Counted from the first letter of the stretch, positions 35,108 to 44,008 are shown. The stretch: DNA of 44,152 bases from Candidatus Zambryskiibacteriota bacterium (GCA_003233455.1 QILQ01000048.1:1-44152); one strand, 5' to 3'. A program made the numbers and translations. The notes: generated from the sequence alone by a model not told the origin.

Positions 35108-37801
35108 TTAAACTCCTACTCCAGTAGGAAAAGTTTTAAGTATTGAGGCTTCAATAATAGCACCACGACGACCTTTTTTTATATCAAACACTAATTCACC
35201 CTCTTTAACAGAGATAGAGACAACCCCTCCTTTCAAAATCTTTTTAGAAATTATTAAAGAAGCTACTTGATTTAGTATTTTATTTTGAATTACTCGTTTC
35301 AAAGGTCTGGCTCCATACTGAGGATTATAACCTTCTTTGGCTAAATATTCATAAGCTTCATCTGTCAGTTCCAAAGAAATTTCTTTAATAGAAAGTCTTT
35401 CTCTAACTAAATTAATTTGAATTTTAACAATTTCCCTAATAGCTTCCATTGATAAAATATCAAAGATAACAGTATCATCTACCCTATTCAAAAATTCTGG
35501 ACGGAAGAAATCTTTCATCGCTTCCATTACTTTTTCTTTGACATTGGTATATTCTCCACCTTCTATATTCCTATCACCAAACCCCATCTTTTCCATTTTA
35601 TCTATATAGTTGGCTCCAATGTTTGAAGTCATAATAATGATTGTATTTTTGAAGTTAACCGTCCTTCCTTTTGAATCAGTAAGTCTACCGTTGTCCAAAA
35701 CCTGTAAAAGCACATTAAAAACTTCCGGATGAGCTTTTTCAATTTCATCAAACAAAACTATAGAATAAGGTCGGTGTCGCACCATTTCAGTCAAACCTCC
35801 CCCATCATCAAAACCAACATATCCCGGAGGAGCCCCAATAAGTTTAGAGACAGAGTGTTTTTCCATAAATTCTGACATATCCACCCTAATAAGAGCTTTT
35901 TCGTCATCAAACATAAATTTTGCTAAAGCTTTAGTTAACTCTGTTTTTCCAACACCTGTTGGACCTAAGAATATAAATGAACCAATTGGTCTGTTTGGAT
36001 CAGCAACACCAGCCCGACTTCGCCTAATAGTATCACCAATTTTTTTAACTGCTTCATCTTGACCAACTATGCGTTTTTTCAATTCATCTTCCATTCTAGA
36101 AAGTTTTTCAGCTTCTTCTTCAAGCATTCTAGAAACTGGAATACCGGTCCACTTTGCCACAATATTCGCAATATCATTTTCAGTAATTTCTTCTTTCAAA
36201 ATTCTACGAGAACTTTGAAGTTTTTTAAGTTTTTTGAGATTAACATCAAGATCTTTCTTTAAAACGGGAATTTTACCGTAACGAACTTCCGCTGCTTTAC
36301 TAAGATCCACCTGAGACTCGGCTGTCTCAGCTTCCAAGCGAGCAAGTTCAAGTTCTTTTTTAATCCTTTTTATCTCTCCCATACTTTCTTTTTCATTTTT
36401 CCATTTCAAATCAATTTCATATGTTCTTTCTTTAAGATCAGCTATTTCCTTTTCAATATCGTGCAGACGATTTTTAATTTTATCGTTTTTACCTTTAGCT
36501 TCTTTTTTGAGAGCTTCTTTTTCAATTTCAAGTTTTATTACTTTTGAATTGGTTTCTTGCAATATAGGTGGCATATTCTCAAGCGAAATTTTCAGATGAC
36601 TGGAGGCTTCATCAATCAAGTCAACCGCTTTGTCCGGCAAAAATCTGTCAGCGATATATCTAGCGGAAAGATTAACCGCCGCTTTAATAGCATCATCAGT
36701 GATATGAACACCATGATAAAGTTCATATTTTTCTTTTAATCCTCGCAATATTGTTATTGCATCATCAACAGAAGGTTCATTCACATATACAGGTTGAAAA
36801 CGACGAGTAAGAGCTGGGTCTTTTTCTATATGTTTTTGATATTCTTTTATGGTGGTGGCTCCAATAGCTCTAAGATCGCCTCTAGATAAAGGAGGTTTAA
36901 GCATATTAGAAGCGTCAAGTGAACCTTCAGCAGATCCAGCACCAACGATGGTATGAATTTCATCAATAAACAAAATTGTTTTACCTTCTAATTTTTCTAT
37001 TTCTTTTATTATATTTTTAAGTCTTTCTTCAAATTCACCTCTATATTTGGTTCCCGCTACCAGAAGACCTAAATCAAGCGAGACTATATCTTTATCTTTT
37101 AAAGATTCTGGTGCATTATTAGAAGCTACTCTTATAGCCAAACCTTCAACAATAGCTGTTTTACCCACCCCAGCTTCTCCTATAAGTATCGGATTATTTT
37201 TAGTGCGACGAGAAAGAATTTGAATGATACGGGAAATTTCTTCATCTCTGCCTATCACTGGGTCAAGTTTATTTTCTTGAGCAAGTTTGGTGAGAGAACG
37301 AGTATATTTTATGATATTTCTATTTTTGCGGGATGATTTAATATCAGGCATCCGACCTTGTTTTATTTCTTGAATTAAAAATAACACTTTTTCCTTCTCA
37401 ATTTTGAAACGAGAAAGGGTATTTTTGGCTTGGCTGGGAATATCAAGACAAGCTATAAAAAGATGTTCAGTGGAGACAAATTCATCATTCATTAAAGAAG
37501 CCACTTTTGAAGAATGTTCAATAATCTGAGCTAATTCCGGAGTAAGAAAAATTTGATAAGCCGGCGAAATAGTATCGCTGGAAGTAGTTCCTTCCATTGC
37601 TTCAAAAATTGTGTCAGTCAAAAGAATAGTGTCCACTTCCATTTTATCCAAAATAGAAATAACCATACTTTCTTCTTGTAAAATAAGAGCCGCTAAAAGA
37701 TGCAACGGTCCTACATAATTTTGACCACGCTCAATAACCAATTCGTGAGCTTTTCTAATAACATCCTTAGCTTTAGTTGTAAAATGATTAAATGGTGTCA
37801 T
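35108..37801 (-). CDS. clpB: ATP-dependent chaperone ClpB
   Basis: Clp N-domain, two AAA+ modules ([16 protein letters not shown]), long M-domain coiled coil (AAEVRYG). Confidence 0.92.
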   Translation of the reverse strand: MTPFNHFTTKAKDVIRKAHELVIERGQNYVGPLHLLAALILQEESMVISILDKMEVDTILLTDTIFEAMEGTTSSDTISPAYQIFLTPELAQIIEHSSKVASLMNDEFVSTEHLFIACLDIPSQAKNTLSRFKIEKEKVLFLIQEIKQGRMPDIKSSRKNRNIIKYTRSLTKLAQENKLDPVIGRDEEISRIIQILSRRTKNNPILIGEAGVGKTAIVEGLAIRVASNNAPESLKDKDIVSLDLGLLVAGTKYRGEFEERLKNIIKEIEKLEGKTILFIDEIHTIVGAGSAEGSLDASNMLKPPLSRGDLRAIGATTIKEYQKHIEKDPALTRRFQPVYVNEPSVDDAITILRGLKEKYELYHGVHITDDAIKAAVNLSARYIADRFLPDKAVDLIDEASSHLKISLENMPPILQETNSKVIKLEIEKEALKKEAKGKNDKIKNRLHDIEKEIADLKERTYEIDLKWKNEKESMGEIKRIKKELELARLEAETAESQVDLSKAAEVRYGKIPVLKKDLDVNLKKLKKLQSSRRILKEEITENDIANIVAKWTGIPVSRMLEEEAEKLSRMEDELKKRIVGQDEAVKKIGDTIRRSRAGVADPNRPIGSFIFLGPTGVGKTELTKALAKFMFDDEKALIRVDMSEFMEKHSVSKLIGAPPGYVGFDDGGGLTEMVRHRPYSIVLFDEIEKAHPEVFNVLLQVLDNGRLTDSKGRTVNFKNTIIIMTSNIGANYIDKMEKMGFGDRNIEGGEYTNVKEKVMEAMKDFFRPEFLNRVDDTVIFDILSMEAIREIVKIQINLVRERLSIKEISLELTDEAYEYLAKEGYNPQYGARPLKRVIQNKILNQVASLIISKKILKGGVVSISVKEGELVFDIKKGRRGAIIEASILKTFPTGVGV

Positions 37802-37873
37802 AACGCATAATATTATAACAAATTTATAGCAAAAAGCTATAAATTACATAAAGTCACCTATTTTTGATAACTT

Positions 37874-38695
37874 CTATTTACTTAATTCTTTTAAAGCATT
37901 AAGGGTTGCTTCTTTTACGATATTTATCGGAATATAAGAATATCTAATACTTGATTCATTAAATGGTGCTTCTATACCCACTACTTCGCCAGAGAGATTA
38001 AGAGCCGGACTACCAAAATGACTTTTTGAAATTTTTATATCGGAAATAATACTTTCCACTGTTTTCTTATTATTATTGTCAAAAATAAGTTGAAATATTC
38101 TACCAACAGAAGCGGCATTTGAATTTCGACCGCTGATAGCTATTAAAGTCTGACCTATTTTAAGTTTATTAGAATTACCAAATATGACCGGATAGAAAGT
38201 ATATTTAGGATTCTCATTCTTGGGAATAGCTGTTTTTATAAAGATTAGTTTATCTTCTTTATCAATTAAGACTTTTCCAGCGGAATATTTTTTACCATCA
38301 TAAAATGAAATATTGTAAATAGAAGAATTATTATAACTTCTTAAATCAGAAACAATTATTCCACTAGCAGAAACAACCAAACCAAGTCCAGAAACTATTT
38401 CTGAACCGTCGGCTCCGGTAGTTTTTAGTCGTACTATAGATTTTTCATTTTTAGCGATAGAGTCAAGTATTTTATTTTCTTCATTCACAATCACCGTAGT
38501 GATTATTTTTTCGGATTTACCCTTTTCCGGTGCCACTTGTTGAATAGTTCTTTCCACCACCCGATTGATAGTTTGGGTTACTTCCACTGGAGCTTCCGAA
38601 AGTAAAGTAAAGGTAATAATACCGGTGGCAATAGAAGTCACAAAAGTAATTAGTAAAACAATAAGTATAAGTTGATGTTTAGTTAAATCTTCCAT
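37874..38695 (-). CDS. Membrane-anchored trypsin-like (HtrA/S1C-fold) protein, probably catalytically inactive
   Basis: SGLGLVVSASGIIVS, FGNSNKLKIGQTLIAI, GSPALNLSGEVVGI; TNxH and GNSGG motifs replaced. Confidence 0.75.
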   Translation of the reverse strand: MEDLTKHQLILIVLLITFVTSIATGIITFTLLSEAPVEVTQTINRVVERTIQQVAPEKGKSEKIITTVIVNEENKILDSIAKNEKSIVRLKTTGADGSEIVSGLGLVVSASGIIVSDLRSYNNSSIYNISFYDGKKYSAGKVLIDKEDKLIFIKTAIPKNENPKYTFYPVIFGNSNKLKIGQTLIAISGRNSNAASVGRIFQLIFDNNNKKTVESIISDIKISKSHFGSPALNLSGEVVGIEAPFNESSIRYSYIPINIVKEATLNALKELSK

Positions 38696-38836
38696 CCCGT
38701 AGTGAGAAATGGCATTGCTTTTTTGGAAAGCGCCACTTTATTAATTAAAATTAAATTTATAATATTTCTATATATGAATAATACCATATCATTATCAATA
38801 ACAAAAGCTTTCCGATGCCATTTTCTACTACGGGAT
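38694..38836. repeat. Imperfect inverted repeat pair (CCCGTAGT...ACTACGGG) next to GIY-YIG gene
   Basis: 38694-38731 ATCCCGTAGTGAGAAATGGCAT...GGAAAGC versus reverse complement of 38807-38836 ATCCCGTAGTAGAAAATGGCATCGGAAAGC. Confidence 0.75.
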
Positions 38837-38853
38837 CCATCTGTTTATTTCAA

Positions 38854-39120
38854 TTATACTTTATTTTCTTTACTAAAGAATTCCTTTAATCTTTTTCCTA
38901 CTAATCTTCTACCTTGAGTAGTTTTTAAATATCCTTCCCTTCTTTTACTATCATTTTTATTCAAACAGGCTTCATAATAAATAAGCTTCCAGGGCTTATA
39001 TCTTTTAGTAGAAGGAGTTACACCTTTATTATGTTCTACTAATCTACGTTTTAAATCATTAGTTCGTCCAGTATAAATTTCCCCATTTTTTTCACTTTGT
39101 AAAATATAATTATAAAACAT
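38854..39120 (-). CDS. Stand-alone GIY-YIG nuclease family protein
   Basis: YNYILQS, YTGRT.DL.RRL.EHN, PWKLIYYE, RE.YLK. Confidence 0.92.
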   Translation of the reverse strand: MFYNYILQSEKNGEIYTGRTNDLKRRLVEHNKGVTPSTKRYKPWKLIYYEACLNKNDSKRREGYLKTTQGRRLVGKRLKEFFSKENKV

Positions 39121-39149
39121 ATTGAAATAAATATTATTTTTATGGGTAA

Positions 39150-40592
39150 TTACTTAATTATTTTTTTCAGAGCTATAATCAGTTTATCTAAGTCAGTTTT
39201 TTTAGTATCACGACCGAGAGTAAAGCGAAGAGAAGATGAGGCGCATTCCGGTTTACCTAAACTTTCAATAACATAAGAGCTATTTTCCAACGAGAGAGTA
39301 TGACAGGCCGAAGCGGCCGAAACAGCAAAACCAAGAGTATCTAATTTAATAACAAGAAATTCCGAATTTAAAGGGTCACCCTTTGGGGCAAAATTCTTCA
39401 AGGGTGACCCTTGGGAACCAAAAGCCAAAGGCAGTTCTCTCGAGGTAGGAATCTTCAAGAGTAACTCTTGGGATTGGGAACCAAAAGCCAAGGGCAACCC
39501 TTGAACTGCCCCTGCCCCAAAGGGTTGCCTTTGGCTTTTTCCAAAACAAATATTTATATTATTCGGCAATCTGTTTTCTAAATCACCATTAAGTGAAGAA
39601 TTCGGAATTTCTTTTAAAATTTTAGAGATAGCGTAGTCGCGTAATTTCGTTAAACGCAACGACTCTTTCTCTCTCATTTTAACGGTTATTTCTAAAGCCT
39701 TAGCCAAACCGACCGCGCCAACCACATTTTCTGTCCCCGGTTTTAAACCTCTTTCTTGTCCTCCGCCAAAAATAATAGGAGAAATGTTTGTTCCATTTTT
39801 AACTACCAAAATTCCCATCCCTTTTGGTCCATATATTTTAATACCGTCAAAAATAAGCAAGTCAGCTCCTAATCTTTCCAGAGAAACTTTTTCATAAGCG
39901 ATACTTTGACCAGCATCAACCAAAAAATATGGTTCCACCAAAGGCTTATTTTGTACAAGGTTTAACCTTGTATTTTTTTTGTATTCTTTGATTATTTTTG
40001 AGATTTTTTGAATTGGTTGTATTGTCCCGATTTCACTGTTTGCATGTTGAACTATCACCAAAACAGTATTTTCTTTTATTTCTTTTTTTATTGATTCTGG
40101 ACTAATAATTCCTTTTTTATTCGGAGCAACAAAAGAAACTTCTATTTTTTTTTCTTTGAGTAAATATTTTATTGGTTCCAAAACAGCCGAATGCTCTATT
40201 AAAGAAACTATTATATGAGAAATTAAAGGGTCACCCTTTGGGGCAAAATTCTTCAAGGGTGATCCTTGGGAACCAAAAGCCAAGGGCAACCCTTGAACTG
40301 CCCCTGCCCCAAAGGGTTGTCCTTGATTTCTGATAACACCTAAAATGGCAATATTTAATGACTCAGTGCCACCACTGGTAAAAAATATCTCACTGGCGCG
40401 ACAACGCAACAAGCGAGCTATTTTTATTCTAGCTTTCTCTAATGTTTCTTTGGTTATCTCTCCTTCTGTATGCAAAGAAGAAGGATTAGCCCAAAATTTT
40501 TTTTGGGTTTTTTCCATTTCTTTCGCCACTTTATAATCAATCGGTGTAGCCGCAGCGTAGTCTAAAAATATTCTTTGAGTTATTTTTTTCAT
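39150..40592 (-). CDS. iscS: Cysteine desulfurase (IscS/NifS group I) with in-frame repeat insertions
   Basis: LDYAAATP, FTSGGTES, NSEIGT, DAGQS, KIYGPKG (PLP Lys), GGGQE, SAASAC (catalytic Cys). Confidence 0.92.
   Translation of the reverse strand: MKKITQRIFLDYAAATPIDYKVAKEMEKTQKKFWANPSSLHTEGEITKETLEKARIKIARLLRCRASEIFFTSGGTESLNIAILGVIRNQGQPFGAGAVQGLPLAFGSQGSPLKNFAPKGDPLISHIIVSLIEHSAVLEPIKYLLKEKKIEVSFVAPNKKGIISPESIKKEIKENTVLVIVQHANSEIGTIQPIQKISKIIKEYKKNTRLNLVQNKPLVEPYFLVDAGQSIAYEKVSLERLGADLLIFDGIKIYGPKGMGILVVKNGTNISPIIFGGGQERGLKPGTENVVGAVGLAKALEITVKMREKESLRLTKLRDYAISKILKEIPNSSLNGDLENRLPNNINICFGKSQRQPFGAGAVQGLPLAFGSQSQELLLKIPTSRELPLAFGSQGSPLKNFAPKGDPLNSEFLVIKLDTLGFAVSAASACHTLSLENSSYVIESLGKPECASSSLRFTLGRDTKKTDLDKLIIALKKIIK
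39370..39533. repeat. In-frame array of six ~15-bp palindromes inside iscS
   Basis: (C/A)AAGGGYNACCCTT(G/T)-type units at 39370, 39399, 39426 (degenerate), 39456, 39489, 39519. Confidence 0.9.
40225..40325. repeat. In-frame array of four ~15-bp palindromes inside iscS
   Basis: Units at 40225, 40254, 40281, 40311; spacers identical to those of the 39370-39533 array. Confidence 0.9.
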
Positions 40593-40637
40593 TTTGATAT
40601 TTTGAATAATATCATAATTAATGTATAATGCTTAATT

Positions 40638-41129
40638 ATGATAATAGATTGGAATTCAGCTGTTTTTTTTACGCCTTTTATCGCCTTAGCGATTTCTTTA
40701 ATCGCTCTTATTTTTTCAGTAGCGATGCATATCAGAGTCTCTAAAATATTCAGAAGTGCCAACACTCCTGATATAGAAAGACTTTTAAAACTTCATACTA
40801 AAACTTTAGAAAACCTTATAAAATTTCAAACAGAGTCAACCTCTTATATGAAATTATTAAGTGACAGAATAAAAGAAAAAATGAGAAGCGCCCCTACTTT
40901 AAGATTTAATCCATTCAAAGGAGGTAAGTTTGGCGGTAATCAAAGTTTTTCTTCAATTTTTGCGGACGAAGAAGGAAATGGGGTGATAATAACCAGTATG
41001 CACACAAGGGAAAGAACCAATGTCTTTGCTAAACCATTAAAAAATTGGAAGAGTGAACACGAATTAACGGTTGAAGAAAAAGAAGTAATAAAAAATTCAG
41101 TCAGTCAATTAAAGCAAAAAGAAAAATAA
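40638..41129 (+). CDS. DUF4446-like membrane-anchored protein
   Basis: N-terminal TM, RFNPF..GGNQSFS, GNGVIITS, FAKP, L..EE. Confidence 0.8.
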   Translation: MIIDWNSAVFFTPFIALAISLIALIFSVAMHIRVSKIFRSANTPDIERLLKLHTKTLENLIKFQTESTSYMKLLSDRIKEKMRSAPTLRFNPFKGGKFGGNQSFSSIFADEEGNGVIITSMHTRERTNVFAKPLKNWKSEHELTVEEKEVIKNSVSQLKQKEK

Positions 41130-42635
41130 ATGGAACAAGAAAATAAAAAAGAAAAAATAAGTGAAGTTGTTCGCCCACCGGTAGTGGTGGTAATGGGTCA
41201 TATTGACCATGGCAAATCTACTCTGCTTGATTACATAAGAAAAACAAATACTACCGAAAAAGAGAGTGGCGGTATTACTCAACATATATCAGCTTATGAA
41301 GTGGAAAAAGAAATTGGCGGTCAGAAAAGAAAAATCACTTTTTTAGACACTCCCGGACATGAAGCTTTTTGTTCCATTAGAGAGCGTAGCGTGGAGGTGG
41401 CAGACATAGCCATTTTAGTGGTATCAATAGAAGATGGGGTAAAAAATCAAACTATGGAAGCCTCAAACTGTATCTGCAAAAATATAATTCCCTTTATTGT
41501 GGCTTTAAATAAAATTGATAAAATAGGAACCAGTGTAGATAAAGCGAAACAAAACTTGACAGAAAATGGAATTCTGGTGGAAGGTTGGGGTGGTACCGTA
41601 CCAGTGGTATCTATTTCGGCCAAAACCGGAAAAGGTATAACTGAACTTTTAGAAATGATAATTCTTCAATCAGATATTGAAGAATTGAAAGGCGATTCTG
41701 CTATTCCGGCGGAAGGTTTTGTTATAGAAAGTAACCTGAACCCAAAGCGAGGTATTTCAGCCATCTTGATAATAAAAAACGGGTCTCTTAAAACAGGTCA
41801 GTTTATCGCCACCCAAAATGCTTATACTCCCGTCCGAATGATAGAAAATTATAAAGGGGAAAATATTAAAGAAGCGAGTTTTTCCAGTCCGGTTAGAATA
41901 ATAGGTTGGAATACTCAACCAAAAGTAGGTAGCCAATTTAAAACTTTTTTTAAAAAAGAAGAAGCTGTAAAATTTGCTTGTCAAAAAGTAGAAGTTAAAA
42001 TAAAAGGAACACAAAATACTTCAAGCGGAAAAATTATCTTGGGAGTAGTTATAAAAACAGATACTTTTGGTTCTTTAGACGCGATAGAATATGAACTTCA
42101 AAAATTAACCAATGAAAAAATAGTGGTTAAAATAATTTCAAAAGGAATCGGGGCTATCACAGAAAGAGATTTAAAAACGGCAAATATAAAAAATAGTTTG
42201 ATTTTAGGCTTCAATGTAAAAGTAAATAAAAACGCCGAGGTGCTCGCTCTCCGAGACGATATAAGAATAAAAACACATCAAATAATATATGAATTGGTTG
42301 ATTATGTAAAAGAAAAAATAAAAGAAGCCACTCCAACCGAAACGGTTGAAGTAATAACCGGTGAAATTAAATTGCTTAGAATTTTTAATAAGAATAAAGA
42401 CAAACAAGTGGTCGGCGGACGAGTGAATAAGGGAGAGATAAAAAAAGAATCAACAGTTAAAATATTTAGAAGAGAAACCTTAATTGGTGAAGGGAAAATA
42501 AAAGAACTCCAAATGCAAAAAATAAAAACTGATGTAATTCAAGAAGGTCAAGAATTTGGGATGATGATAGAATCAAAAATAGAATTAGCTCAAGGAGATA
42601 TTTTAAAAGCTATTTCTCTTATTAAACAAAAATGA
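41130..42635 (+). CDS. infB: Translation initiation factor IF-2 (minimal form)
   Basis: RPPVVVVMGHIDHGKS, GGITQHISAY, DTPGHEAF, NKID. Confidence 0.96.
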   Translation: MEQENKKEKISEVVRPPVVVVMGHIDHGKSTLLDYIRKTNTTEKESGGITQHISAYEVEKEIGGQKRKITFLDTPGHEAFCSIRERSVEVADIAILVVSIEDGVKNQTMEASNCICKNIIPFIVALNKIDKIGTSVDKAKQNLTENGILVEGWGGTVPVVSISAKTGKGITELLEMIILQSDIEELKGDSAIPAEGFVIESNLNPKRGISAILIIKNGSLKTGQFIATQNAYTPVRMIENYKGENIKEASFSSPVRIIGWNTQPKVGSQFKTFFKKEEAVKFACQKVEVKIKGTQNTSSGKIILGVVIKTDTFGSLDAIEYELQKLTNEKIVVKIISKGIGAITERDLKTANIKNSLILGFNVKVNKNAEVLALRDDIRIKTHQIIYELVDYVKEKIKEATPTETVEVITGEIKLLRIFNKNKDKQVVGGRVNKGEIKKESTVKIFRRETLIGEGKIKELQMQKIKTDVIQEGQEFGMMIESKIELAQGDILKAISLIKQK

Positions 42636-42982
42636 AACCAGTAAATAAATTTAAAGACCAAAAATCCATCTCTCTTATTTCCAGATTTGCAGCTGAATAT
42701 TTTAGTATGGAATCAAATCAAGATTCTTTGATAACTGTCACCAAAACAGAAATATTTAATCGTGGCAGAAGAGCCACAATATTTTTTACCGCCTTGCCGA
42801 TAGAAAAAGAAGGCGCCGCTTTGGAGTTTGCCAAACGACGGCGGCAAGATTTTCGCCAATTTGTAATGTCTAAAAAATCTTTTGGTTTTACTCCAAAAAT
42901 AGATTTCTGCCTAGATGAAGGCGAACATAATCGCCAAAGAATAGATGAATTATCAAACGAATCCGTCGTTGAAAATTTATAA
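42632..42982 (+). CDS. rbfA: Ribosome-binding factor A
   Basis: Overlaps the infB stop (ATGA); ITVT, A.IFF, TPKIDF..D, RIDEL. Confidence 0.85.
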   Translation: MKPVNKFKDQKSISLISRFAAEYFSMESNQDSLITVTKTEIFNRGRRATIFFTALPIEKEGAALEFAKRRRQDFRQFVMSKKSFGFTPKIDFCLDEGEHNRQRIDELSNESVVENL

Positions 42983-43010
42983 AATAAAAGCTAAAATGCA
43001 TCTCATATAC

Positions 43011-43082
43011 GGCCACGTAGCCAAGGAGTAAGGCATTCCTCTGCAAAAGGAATATACGCGAGTGCAATTCTCGCCGTGGCCT
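43011..43082 (+). tRNA. tRNA-Cys(GCA)
   Basis: TTCCT-CTGCAAA-AGGAA anticodon arm; U discriminator; atypical T-loop TGCAATT. Confidence 0.93.
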
Positions 43083-43116
43083 CCCTAATTTATTAAAGTT
43101 AGGATTGTAAATTGTT

Positions 43117-43203
43117 GCTCGGGTGGTGGAATTGGTATACACGAGGGACTTAAAATCCCTTGGTCGCAAGACCTTGCGGGTTCAACTCCCGCCCCGAGCA
43201 CCA
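43117..43203 (+). tRNA. tRNA-Leu(TAA)
   Basis: AGGGA-CTTAAAA-TCCCT, long variable arm, encoded CCA. Confidence 0.96.
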
Positions 43204-43204
43204 T

Positions 43205-43277
43205 CCGCTCATAGCTCAGTTGGTAGAGCAGCTCCCTCTTAAGGAGATGGTCCTAGGTTCAAATCCTAGTGAGCGGA
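43205..43277 (+). tRNA. tRNA-Lys(CTT)
   Basis: Anticodon loop CTCTTAA, TAGCTCAGTTGGTAGAGC D-arm, GGTTCAAATCC. Confidence 0.94.
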
Positions 43278-43330
43278 CAAGACAAAAAATCTGCGACGAT
43301 AGATATTTTTTGTGTTATATTATTTCAGTC

Positions 43331-43411
43331 GGGCAAGTGGTGGAATGGTAGACACGCTAGCCTTAGGAGCTAGTGCCGCAAGGCGTGGAGGTTCAAGTCC
43401 TCTCTTGCCCA
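43331..43411 (+). tRNA. tRNA-Leu(TAG)
   Basis: CTAGC-CTTAGGA-GCTAG, long variable arm, GGTTCAAGTCC. Confidence 0.96.
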
Positions 43412-43591
43412 CAATAGAAAATATCCCCCTTGTGGGGGATATTTCATTGTGGGCAAGAGGTCTAGGATTTTGTAATCAAAATCCGTAAGACGGACTTGAA
43501 AACCTTTGATAGTTTTTTGTAAGTTCGCGAAACAAAAAACAGAAAAGGTGTACAGATTCTGTAAGAATCAAGATTCCTCTCTTGCCCACAA
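43398..43591 (+). repeat. tRNA-Leu 3'-end duplication element (direct and inverted copies)
   Basis: TCCTCTCTTGCCCACAA at 43398 and 43575; inverted ATTGTGGGCAAGAG at 43446 and GGACTTGAA at 43492. Confidence 0.85.
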
Positions 43592-43618
43592 AATAACACC
43601 ATATTTTTTAAGTAATTT

Positions 43619-43647
43619 CTATATTAGACGCTGAGCGTTTAGTATAG
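43619..43647. repeat. 29-bp palindromic repeat, copy 2 (upstream of rnpB promoter)
   Basis: CTATATTAGACGCTGAGCGTTTAGTATAG; inverted match to 17469-17497. Confidence 0.8.
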
Positions 43648-43681
43648 TAATTATGATAATTAAGTGATATAATATAAACAA

Positions 43682-44000
43682 GTTTTCATTTCGACAGCTA
43701 CTCTATAAAATAGATTATAAATTATCTTATAGAGAGGAAAGTCCGAACGCTTACTCATCTTTATGATGATTAAAACGGTAGCGGGTAACACCCGTCGTGC
43801 GTGAGCATAGAGTTGCGAACAGAAACGATCCGGTTAAGTCCGGCTGAAACGGCAAAATACTTACTGGGGCGCAAGGCCGTGTCCGCCTTTGGCGGAAGTG
43901 CCGCTTGAGCTTTAGAGTAATCTAAAGCCTAGATAAATTGCTGTTACCTGCCCGCAAAAAACAGGTGGGGAAACAGAATTCGGCTTATGAAAATGAAAAC
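43682..44000 (+). ncRNA. rnpB: RNase P RNA
   Basis: GAGGAAAGTCCGAA and ACAGAATTCGGCTTA (P4 pairing), P1 GTTTTCATTTC/GAAAATGAAAAC, TGAAACGG, GCAAG, GCTTGAG...AGATAAAT; upstream TGATATAAT. Confidence 0.93.
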
Positions 44001-44008
44001 CAACATAT

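Noticed and set aside
39370-39533. iscS repeat arrays as a CRISPR array
   Set aside because: Repeats are about 15 bp with 12-18-bp spacers, lie in frame within a gene, spacers are duplicated between arrays, and no cas genes are present.
2231-43351. Numerous short antisense or overlapping ORFs in the track (e.g. 3446-3862, 12271-12687, 28086-28586, 34930-35127, 42888-43169, 43160-43351)
   Set aside because: They are shadows of well-supported genes or tRNAs and show no recognisable motifs.
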